Assembly: GCA_038125145.1 (NCBI GenBank)
Contig: JAYPDK010000004.1
Span: forward strand, 5,505-52,882
From: Candidatus Poseidoniaceae archaeon
GTDB taxonomy: Archaea; Thermoplasmatota; Poseidoniia; Poseidoniales; Poseidoniaceae
Direction of reading: 5' to 3'
DNA: 47,378 bases
Made by a program: the position numbers and the translations under genes. A model generated the notes under the pieces. That model was not told the DNA's origin, ran no database searches, and worked only from the letters and a program-made list of their open reading frames with translations. Shown one piece after another: positions 34,555 through 42,249 of the stretch. Position 1 is the first letter of the stretch; the number at the start of each line of letters is the position of its first letter.

Positions 34555-37080
34555 ATGTCGGAGTCAGAAGGGCCCTTCGCTCCGCGTCGCTCCTCAGGGG
34601 ACGATCGGAGGAGCCTCGCAGCCCTCCGAGGGCAATTTACCCGGGCAACCTCCACTACCGCAGACGAGGAGGCAGGCGTCAGCGCTCGGTACAGGGCGGA
34701 AGACCGATTGCGCTCGGACCTGAAACGCGAGCGGCGATTGCGGTATTCTGAGCTGCGTGAGCGCGTGCAGGCGCAGCAGGCCAACCTTGCAACAAGCCTG
34801 GAACTTCATCGCGAACGGACCCTCTCCGACGTGGAGCGGGAGCTTCGTGAAGCGATGGAAACGGAACTCGCTCAGGAGGGGCGTGAGTCTTTTGCTCGTG
34901 AGGAGGCTCGCCTGCGCGACGAGTACGAGGCGCGACTGGCGCGTGAACTTGAGGTCCTTCGTCAGCGTTTCGAGGTGGAGACCGATCGGCGCATGCAGGA
35001 GGAACAGGACCGACTCGCCGAGGACCTGCGTCAGCAACTTGAGCAGGAGCACACACAGCGTGTGGAGTTGATGCAGCAGCGCCTTGACTTGGAGCACCGT
35101 CAGCGGCTCCATCGCAGGATCAAGGCCTTCGAGGAGGAACTCCAGCACGAGATGGATCAGCGGTTTGCGTCCATGGAGGACGCAGAATTGGCTCGCCTTC
35201 GCGATGAACAGGACGCGCAGTTGGCAGAGCGCGAATCTCAACTCCGTCACGGCATCCGCACCCGTCTGGAACAACAACTGCGCCAGCGATTGAGCCTGCG
35301 TGAAGCGGCCCTCCGAGCAGAATACGCCAGGAGAAGCCAGCGCCTTGAAGCCAACTTGGCGGTGGAAATCCAAGAGGAACTTGAGCAGCGCCTCCGTCAC
35401 GAGACAGAGGTGCTTGAGGCGCGAATGCGTGAGGACGTTGAACTCTCCATCGCACGACGGCGTGACGAACTCCGACGTGAAGTCGAGGTACAGCTGCAGC
35501 AGGACTTTTCAGAACGCTTGGCAGACCGCAAGGCCCGCCTGCGTGAACGCTACGACCTCACGTACGGAAACGCCGTGGAGGACGTGGAGAACGCCCTGAG
35601 GCTCCAGGTGGAGTCCGATTTGGAGCAGCGCAACGAGGACGACTACTCCCGCTACCAGGCCGCCCGGGAGTCCGAGATTCAAAACCGCTTGGCCCGCTTC
35701 CGCTACGAGCGAGAGGCGGAGATTCGAGCAGAACTCGAGGAACAGTACGCAGCCAAGCGTACGGAGTGGACCGAACGCCTCGAACTTGAGTTCCAGAGCC
35801 GTGAAGCCGCAGCAAGGAAGGCCATCCTCTCCGAAGTGGATGCGAGCCTCCGAAACGAGCGCTTGTCGTGGGACACGGACCTCGATCTGCTGAAGGAAGA
35901 AACGGTGCTCGAACTTGAACTCGACATGGAGGAGCGGCTCAACGCCTTCCGTGAGCGGAAGATGGACGAAGTGGCCACGCAACTGGAGCGTCAGTTGGAC
36001 AAGCGTGAGGAAATCATGCGGAACAAGGCCCTGATCGACGTGCGTCGAAAGGAGGCCCGCATCCGTGCTGAAATCGAAGCCCAACTTGGGTTGAAGCGTG
36101 CGGAAATCCGTGACCGTATCTCGGGGTTGTCCAAGAAGATGGACGAGTTCAAGGCCATGGCCGAGGAGCGAATGCGAGAAAGCATCACGGCTCAGGTAGA
36201 GGGCGAGATCTCGACCGAGGAGGAGCACCTGGCGGAGCGCGAGGCTGAATTTGCGCGCCTTCAGGACACGGATACCCGTTTGGACAAGCGGCAACAATGG
36301 CTTTCCTCAATTTCCGGTCAGGGAGGTTCTGGCCTTGGTGCCAGCGCAGACGCCAGCACGTTGGGGGCAAGGCCTGACGCGCTCGGGGCCGCTGCTGGAC
36401 GGGGCTCGATGACCGCGCTCGCTCAGGCGGCAGAGGCGCAACCGGCACGCTTGGGCCTCGCGGGGATGAGGGCGCCCACGTCCACCGTCCGAACGCTTGC
36501 TCCCTCCGCGCCCACTCCAATTGTGAAGCCGGTGAAGCAGGTCAAAACCCCCGTCGTCTCCCCCGTCCGTCAGCCAATCACCCCTGCTCCGTCCGTTGAA
36601 CCTGCGCAGGAGTCCCTCACCCCTGCACCGGACATCGAACCGTCGGACGCGTCCTCCACCGAGGCCCTCGGGCCAGTGCTCGAGACCGAGGCTCCGGTCC
36701 TTGTTCCCGAGCCGGAACGCCCAGGTGCGGTTGAGGACGAGATGGTCACCGTCACGGAGGAGATCGAAGCCGAACTCCTCGAGGACATGATGGACGAAGT
36801 CGAGGCGGTGCTCGATGGAGCCATCGACGAGGGCGCGCAACACGACGACGTCCAAGCATCGATCGACGATAACCAACGGTCGATGGAAGCGGCGGTGTTG
36901 CACCCTGTTCGAACCATGCAGCCCGTGGGCAGCCCCGCAACCACGGCTCGCCTGAAGCAAGCCATGCCGGTGCTCGGTGTGGTGGAAGACGCCGCTCCAA
37001 CGGTCCTTCAACCCGTCCAAACCTTGCGGCCTTTGCGCCTTCCGTCGTCCAAAAACGAGGAGCCTTCGGACGACGCTTGA
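34555..37080 (+). CDS. Very long coiled-coil protein (about 550 aa E/R/L/Q-rich rod, Pro/acidic disordered tail)
   Basis: Almost no Pro or Gly from about aa 45 to 580; no TM, signal peptide or Walker motif. Confidence 0.85.
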   Translation: MSESEGPFAPRRSSGDDRRSLAALRGQFTRATSTTADEEAGVSARYRAEDRLRSDLKRERRLRYSELRERVQAQQANLATSLELHRERTLSDVERELREAMETELAQEGRESFAREEARLRDEYEARLARELEVLRQRFEVETDRRMQEEQDRLAEDLRQQLEQEHTQRVELMQQRLDLEHRQRLHRRIKAFEEELQHEMDQRFASMEDAELARLRDEQDAQLAERESQLRHGIRTRLEQQLRQRLSLREAALRAEYARRSQRLEANLAVEIQEELEQRLRHETEVLEARMREDVELSIARRRDELRREVEVQLQQDFSERLADRKARLRERYDLTYGNAVEDVENALRLQVESDLEQRNEDDYSRYQAARESEIQNRLARFRYEREAEIRAELEEQYAAKRTEWTERLELEFQSREAAARKAILSEVDASLRNERLSWDTDLDLLKEETVLELELDMEERLNAFRERKMDEVATQLERQLDKREEIMRNKALIDVRRKEARIRAEIEAQLGLKRAEIRDRISGLSKKMDEFKAMAEERMRESITAQVEGEISTEEEHLAEREAEFARLQDTDTRLDKRQQWLSSISGQGGSGLGASADASTLGARPDALGAAAGRGSMTALAQAAEAQPARLGLAGMRAPTSTVRTLAPSAPTPIVKPVKQVKTPVVSPVRQPITPAPSVEPAQESLTPAPDIEPSDASSTEALGPVLETEAPVLVPEPERPGAVEDEMVTVTEEIEAELLEDMMDEVEAVLDGAIDEGAQHDDVQASIDDNQRSMEAAVLHPVRTMQPVGSPATTARLKQAMPVLGVVEDAAPTVLQPVQTLRPLRLPSSKNEEPSDDA

Positions 37081-37119
37081 GGACGAGCCTTTGAAGGCTC
37101 GAAGCACGCACCAACGGCT

Positions 37120-39555
37120 ATGGTTCACACCCGCACGCTGCTGGCGGGCCTCGTGCTGCTCCTGATGCTGACCTCAACCTCGGGCGCTTCCCTCATCGAC
37201 GGAGGTGAGGTGCACAACGACAGCCGCGTCTTGGCGTGGTACGACCTCGGTGATGGCGGGGTGTTGACGGTCGACGCAGGGGGGGCCATCGTGGAGCACC
37301 TCTGGAGCCTTGGCCTCTTGCAAAAAGTGAATCAAATCGAAGCAAACGTGAGCGTGAACGCCGTCCGCTTCGATGCTGCTGCGGGCCTCATCGCCCTTGG
37401 ACACGACAACGGAGCCATCGTCCTCATGACAGACTCAGGTGAAGTGGTTCGCGACATCCAAACGGTCGACCCGGTCGAGCATCTTGATTGGGACAACGGA
37501 GGTGACCTTTGGCTGGTGCACAACGGTGGGGTCCGGCAGGCCGTTGAATACGGACCGAACGGCCCATCGGGTGCGAGGACGACCGTGATGAGCGGCGGTG
37601 TCGCCACCTTCCTTGTGCTCGACGATGGTCGGATCCTCACCGCTGGGTTCGACGGTACCGTGCTGGTTCATGCGGACGATGGAACACAAGAAGACCAAAT
37701 TTCAGGCCTCGGGGCGGCGGTCAAGTCACTTGTCGAAGACGGATTGGACCTCTGGATTGGTCTCTCCAACGGTGCCGTTCATCGGTTCAGCACGGTGACG
37801 TGGCAGGGCCTCTCGGTCTCGAGCAGCACCACGCCCGTCACCTCGCTCTCCCTTGATGGCGACTCCGGGGTGTTTGTTGGGCATCAAAACGGTCAGGTCA
37901 AGCATGTGGACGCGTCCCTCAACATCGTTCAGGGCTACCAGGCCACGGGCTCAGTCATCGCAGTGACGGTCAACGACGACGGCAGCCTTCACCTCATCAG
38001 CACCACGTCATCAAGCACGCGCGTTCGCCTCTTCGACGTTGATTCGGACGGCGACGGCGTCGCGGATGCGCAAGATGCCTTCCCCACCAACGCAGACCAG
38101 ACCAGCGATCGAGATGGTGATGGTTACGGGGACAATTCAGATGCAGCGGACGGTGACGCGTTCCCCGACGATTCCACGCAATGGGCCGACCGCGATGGCG
38201 ATGGGTACGGCGACGACCTCGAGGGAGCCATGCCCGACGCGTTCCCCGACGATCCGAACCAGTGGGTGGACGAAGACGGCGATGGCGTCGGCGACAACGA
38301 TGAGGACCCAAACGGCGACGCTTTTCCTGAGGACCCGACGCAATGGGCCGATGATGACCGAGACGGCTACGGAGACAACCCGTCCGGTTACCGTCCCGAC
38401 GACTGCCCCGAATCGAACGGCTTCTCGACAAACGACCGCCTCGGTTGCACGGACCGCGACCTCGACGGATGGTCTGACCCGGACGATGGTTGGACGGTAG
38501 CAGATGGAGCCGATGCTTTTCCCACCGAGCGCACGCAATGGGCAGACAGCGATGGTGACGGGTACGGTGATGCGCAAGACGGCGTGCGCCCCGACGCATG
38601 CCCCACGGTTCCAGGGGCTTCGATTCAGGCATTGGTACCCGTCATTGAGGAAGTCACCACCTACTCCGCAGAGGCCATGTTTGGCTGTCCCGACGAGGAC
38701 GGGGACGGATGGGCCGATGCTTCGGAGGTTGGTGATGGCATGGCGCAGGACCCAAGCGAACACCTCGACCAAGACGGCGACGGCGTGGGCCAGCGCACAG
38801 ATTACAACGACACGAACGCTTTGGTCAGCACCGTTGAGGACCACTGCCGCCTTGCGTTCGACGACGTGCGGGACATCTGCCTTGGGATCCGCAGCGTGGA
38901 ATACCAAGACTACCTCTCGACCTTGAACGAATCTGAGCGGAGCCGGATGACCTTCTCGTACTGGAACGCCACGGTGGCGAACGGTCCTGGGGCGGGCGGC
39001 GTGGACATGAACCTCGTGAAGCAGGTGTCGATGTTGGCCGGGCTTGTCTTCGTCGCCATGACTGCAGCCATCCTGACGGTGTCTGCCGCTTCCCGACGAA
39101 GGAACAGCACCGCTGCTGAATCCCAGAAGACCTTCGTTGGCTTTGGCGATTCCGACAGCATCTCTGAGGAGGCGCTGACGGGCCATGCAGGGCTCTCCGC
39201 ACGGGGTGGAGTCGAAGACGACGCGCTATGGCGGGACGACCCGATGGAGTCCGAGAAGGACGCCATGAACGCCAACGAGGCGCCCCTTCAGCCCATGCCT
39301 GCTGAACCACAGGAGATGGGCCCTGAAGGTGTTGAAGCGCGCGAGAACGAGGCTCAAGCGACGGGCGTAGGCCCAACGCCGGCCATCGCTGAAACGTCAG
39401 CGACGGACGATGCCCCTTTGACCGAATCCGGGTCGGAGGCGAAGGAGCATGCAACCGCACCCCCGGTCCCCGAATCGGGCCTCCCAGAAGGATGGACCAT
39501 GGAGCAATGGGAGCACTACGGGCACCAGTGGCTTGCAAAGCAGGCTGAGGACTGA
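37120..39555 (+). CDS. Surface protein: beta-propeller-like domain, thrombospondin type-3 Ca-binding repeats, TM, cytoplasmic tail ending GLPEGWTMEQWEHYG
   Basis: Signal peptide; WD-like repeats (ILTAGFDGTV, WIGLSNGAV, FVGHQNGQV); DxDGDGxGD and DAFP.D.TQW repeats; TM LAGLVFVAMTAAILTVSA. Confidence 0.88.
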   Translation: MVHTRTLLAGLVLLLMLTSTSGASLIDGGEVHNDSRVLAWYDLGDGGVLTVDAGGAIVEHLWSLGLLQKVNQIEANVSVNAVRFDAAAGLIALGHDNGAIVLMTDSGEVVRDIQTVDPVEHLDWDNGGDLWLVHNGGVRQAVEYGPNGPSGARTTVMSGGVATFLVLDDGRILTAGFDGTVLVHADDGTQEDQISGLGAAVKSLVEDGLDLWIGLSNGAVHRFSTVTWQGLSVSSSTTPVTSLSLDGDSGVFVGHQNGQVKHVDASLNIVQGYQATGSVIAVTVNDDGSLHLISTTSSSTRVRLFDVDSDGDGVADAQDAFPTNADQTSDRDGDGYGDNSDAADGDAFPDDSTQWADRDGDGYGDDLEGAMPDAFPDDPNQWVDEDGDGVGDNDEDPNGDAFPEDPTQWADDDRDGYGDNPSGYRPDDCPESNGFSTNDRLGCTDRDLDGWSDPDDGWTVADGADAFPTERTQWADSDGDGYGDAQDGVRPDACPTVPGASIQALVPVIEEVTTYSAEAMFGCPDEDGDGWADASEVGDGMAQDPSEHLDQDGDGVGQRTDYNDTNALVSTVEDHCRLAFDDVRDICLGIRSVEYQDYLSTLNESERSRMTFSYWNATVANGPGAGGVDMNLVKQVSMLAGLVFVAMTAAILTVSAASRRRNSTAAESQKTFVGFGDSDSISEEALTGHAGLSARGGVEDDALWRDDPMESEKDAMNANEAPLQPMPAEPQEMGPEGVEARENEAQATGVGPTPAIAETSATDDAPLTESGSEAKEHATAPPVPESGLPEGWTMEQWEHYGHQWLAKQAED
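38035..38820 (+). repeat. TSP3-type repeat tract within the CDS (units of about 26 aa)
   Basis: Recurring DAFPDDSTQWADRDGDGYGD-like units; tgggccga and gacggcgatgg recur at the DNA level. Confidence 0.85.
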
Positions 39556-39563
39556 GTTCCGAA

Positions 39564-39827
39564 TCACGCCCACGTGACGGGCAGGTCCTCACGCAGACGC
39601 GCGAGTTCCTCACCGGTGTACATTGGTCGGCCACCGTCCTTCACCGTACTCTGGATCAGCCAAAGCACCCCGTTCCAGGCGTTTCGGCTGGCGTGGATGT
39701 CAAGGTCGCCTCTGGCAGCAACCTCGAGCAGGCGTGCTTCTTCTGTGGACGGGTCAAACAGGGCCCTCACCAAGTGCTTCGCATCAAAGGCCACCTGAGG
39801 TGGCTTCCAACTCATCATGGTGCTCAC
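39564..39827 (-). CDS. Truncated PIN-like protein (N-terminal half of a VapC/PIN_3-type fold)
   Basis: VAFDAKHLVRALF...ARLLEVAARGDLDIHAS resembles the PIN_3 start pattern VVLDTNVLVSAL...ARLL...G...S. GTGA overlap with the upstream RHH gene. Confidence 0.6.
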   Translation of the reverse strand: MSTMMSWKPPQVAFDAKHLVRALFDPSTEEARLLEVAARGDLDIHASRNAWNGVLWLIQSTVKDGGRPMYTGEELARLREDLPVTWA

Positions 39828-40066
39828 ACCTTGAAGGGAGCGAGCTTCAAGCGCTCGACCAAGTGGTCGACGTCGACGTTCGCAGCGTCCTTGGCGCGTG
39901 CTCGTAGCGTGCCGAGGCTTCCGTCCATACGGGCCATCCGATGCTGGCGAATCAGGTCCTGCAGCAGTTCATCCACGCTGCGGTACCCGCCATGGGTTCG
40001 CAAGGTGTTCAATTGTCGTCGTACTTCGTAGCTCACGCTCACGGAGGTCATCCCCTTCGCTGTCAT
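39824..40066 (-). CDS. Ribbon-helix-helix DNA-binding protein
   Basis: Strand TSVSVS, helix YEVRRQLNTLR, turn GGYRS, helix VDELLQDLI, then an extra C-terminal helical segment. Confidence 0.75.
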   Translation of the reverse strand: MTAKGMTSVSVSYEVRRQLNTLRTHGGYRSVDELLQDLIRQHRMARMDGSLGTLRARAKDAANVDVDHLVERLKLAPFKV

Positions 40067-40075
40067 CGTGCATCC

Positions 40076-40114
40076 CACGTGCGGCTTCCTTCGTGGCTAC
40101 TTAAGCCGCGCGTG
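40076..40114. promoter_or_regulatory. 12-bp inverted repeat (11/12 match) over the RHH-gene promoter
   Basis: CACGTGCGGCTT-N15-AAGCCGCGCGTG, overlapping the minus-strand TATA-like TTAAGTA at 40098-40104. Confidence 0.6.
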
Positions 40115-40156
40115 AGGCAGTGCTGTTTTCGCAGGGGTTCTTCGATGCCGAGCGCG

Positions 40157-41119
40157 TCACCGACGGCCTTGGGACTCCAAGAGCACGCGGTTCGGCTCGG
40201 TGACGCCGTACTGCGAGCGCATGCTCTGGACCCGGTCGTGGAACTCCTTGGCTAAGGTCCAATATTCCAGGGAGCCCGCACCCGCCCCGTTGGGGCTTGG
40301 TTTGTTCAGCAGGACCGTCGGTGCACCCGACCATGGCGCTTCCGCGACGTTGACGAGCCGGCGAATCGAGGTGTTGAACAGCGTGTTGGGCATCTTCAGC
40401 GTGACTTGGTCCACCACGTGACGCGAGAGTTTGGATCGGGTGTCCACCATGGTCATGACCACGCCGAAGAACTTGAGGTTCCGGTTGATTCGTCGTTGGA
40501 TCATTTGAATGGAATTCATCAGCATGCTGAATCCCTCCAAGGAGTAGTATTCTGCTTGCACCGGGGCCACCACCCAATTGGCGGCGCTCAGGGCGTTGAT
40601 GGACAGGAGGCCCAGCGAAGGAGGTGTATCGATGATGATGTAGTCGAACTTGTCCACAATCGGCGCCAAGGCCTCACGAAGCCGGGTTTCACGTCCGATC
40701 TTGTGGGAGAGTTCAATCTCAGCACCGGAGAGGTGAATGTCGCTGGGGAGCAACCAGAGGTTTTCGGTGGTCAGGGTGGACGGGGGGCGCTTCTTTTCGT
40801 TGCGCATCATGAACGCGTTTCGCATGGAGTTGGTGAGGTCCTGTGGGTCGAGGAGGTAATCCTCCATCAAGGGCAACTCTTCGCCAAGGTCGTTCGTCAA
40901 GAGGTCGTAGGCCGTCTTTTTGATGCGCTTCTTCTCGATACCAAACGACGTGGCGCAGTTTCCTTGGGGGTCGAGGTCGATGAGGAGCACCTTGGCCGGG
41001 GGTAGGCCCATCCGTTCGTAACCCCGAGCTAAGGCCGCAGCAAGGTTGACCGCCGTTGTGGTCTTGGCACAGCCACCCTTCTGGTTCGCCACGGCGATGA
41101 CCATCTTGTAGGGGTCCAT
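40157..41119 (-). CDS. parA: ParA/Soj-family ATPase (ParA-2) with internal insertions
   Basis: NQKGGCAKTTT, DLDPQGN, LSGAEIEL, IDTPPSLGLL, PVQAEYYSLEG, TMVDTR and AEAP. Confidence 0.93.
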   Translation of the reverse strand: MDPYKMVIAVANQKGGCAKTTTAVNLAAALARGYERMGLPPAKVLLIDLDPQGNCATSFGIEKKRIKKTAYDLLTNDLGEELPLMEDYLLDPQDLTNSMRNAFMMRNEKKRPPSTLTTENLWLLPSDIHLSGAEIELSHKIGRETRLREALAPIVDKFDYIIIDTPPSLGLLSINALSAANWVVAPVQAEYYSLEGFSMLMNSIQMIQRRINRNLKFFGVVMTMVDTRSKLSRHVVDQVTLKMPNTLFNTSIRRLVNVAEAPWSGAPTVLLNKPSPNGAGAGSLEYWTLAKEFHDRVQSMRSQYGVTEPNRVLLESQGRR

Positions 41120-41133
41120 GGCTACCTCTCCCT

Positions 41134-41145
41134 CCTTCCGGAAGG
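41134..41145. promoter_or_regulatory. Perfect 12-bp palindrome CCTTCCGGAAGG in the parA-2 leader
   Basis: Lies between a TATA-like TTGATAG (minus strand, about 41159-41165) and the purine-rich SD of parA-2. Confidence 0.45.
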
Positions 41146-41183
41146 GGCCGGTCCTCCTCTATCAACCTCGGGCTGAGTTGGGT

Positions 41184-42167
41184 TCACACCGGCTGAACGA
41201 CGGGGACAGGAACCTCGGACAGGATCTTTCGGACAATATGGCCGCCGGTGATGCCGCGGATTTTTGCTTCAGGCTTCATCACAATCCTGTGACCAATGAC
41301 CTGCAAGGCCACGGACTTGATGTCATCGGGCACAACGTAGGTTCGGCCGGCGATCGCGGCAGAGGCACGACCGGTCTTGAAGAGGGCTTGTGACGCACGT
41401 GGGGAGGCCCCGTTGACCACACGGTGGTCCTCGCGGGTCCGCTGGACGATTTCGACGATATACGCCAGAATGGACGGGTCCACGTGTACGCCTTCCAGCG
41501 CGCGCTGCATGGCGACGACTTTCTTCGGTTCGGTGACTTGCGCCACCTCGTGGTCGTCCTGACCACGCATCTTTCGGCGAGCGAGAATGGCCTTCTCCTC
41601 CGCACGGTCGGGGTAGCCCATGCTCATTTTCATGAGGAAGCGGTCCATCTGGGCCTCAGGAAGCGGATAGGTTCCTTCCTGCTCGATGGGGTTCTGGGTC
41701 GCCAAGACAACGAAAGGAGCAGGAAGCTTGTGGGTGATGCCTTCAATCGTCACTTGCTTTTCTTCCATCGCCTCCAGCAACGCGGCCTGAGTCTTTGGCG
41801 GTGCACGGTTGATTTCGTCCGCGAGCAGGACGTTGGAGAACAGTGGACCTGCTCGAAGTTTGAACTCCCCAGACTTTTGATCGTACATGTAGGTCCCCAT
41901 GATGTCGGAGGGGAGCAGGTCGGGAGTAAACTGCACACGCTTGAACTTGCAGCCAAGCGCGCGAGCAAAGGTGTTCGCGAGCAAGGTCTTGGCAAGCCCG
42001 GGGAAGTCCTCAAGCAGCATGTTGCCGTTTGACAGGATTCCAACCGTCACCCTTCGGAGGTTTTCCTCCTTGCCGATGATGACCTTCGCGACCTCGCTCA
42101 TGAGGTCGTTCGAAATCTGGGAGACCGTGTTGATGATTTTAGCGGTGTTTGCATCGGCTGCATGCAT
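41184..42167 (-). CDS. moxR: MoxR-family AAA+ ATPase
   Basis: LLEDFPGLAKT, RVQFTPDLLPSD, LADEINRAPPKTQAALLEAMEE, ATQNPIEQEGTYPLPEAQMDRF and GASPRA. Confidence 0.95.
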   Translation of the reverse strand: MHAADANTAKIINTVSQISNDLMSEVAKVIIGKEENLRRVTVGILSNGNMLLEDFPGLAKTLLANTFARALGCKFKRVQFTPDLLPSDIMGTYMYDQKSGEFKLRAGPLFSNVLLADEINRAPPKTQAALLEAMEEKQVTIEGITHKLPAPFVVLATQNPIEQEGTYPLPEAQMDRFLMKMSMGYPDRAEEKAILARRKMRGQDDHEVAQVTEPKKVVAMQRALEGVHVDPSILAYIVEIVQRTREDHRVVNGASPRASQALFKTGRASAAIAGRTYVVPDDIKSVALQVIGHRIVMKPEAKIRGITGGHIVRKILSEVPVPVVQPV

Positions 42168-42249
42168 CGAAGTCACCCTCCTACAAGCCTTTGAGGCGCG
42201 TGATACCATATTTGAACGTGCGTGCCTCACACGTCATCCGTTCGTCGCG

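Noticed and set aside
34555-37080. SMC/Rad50 ATPase
   Set aside because: No Walker A/B, signature motif, hinge or zinc hook.
38035-38820. Periodic DNA repeats as a CRISPR array
   Set aside because: They are degenerate in-frame TSP3 peptide repeats with no constant repeat and unique spacers, and no cas genes are present.
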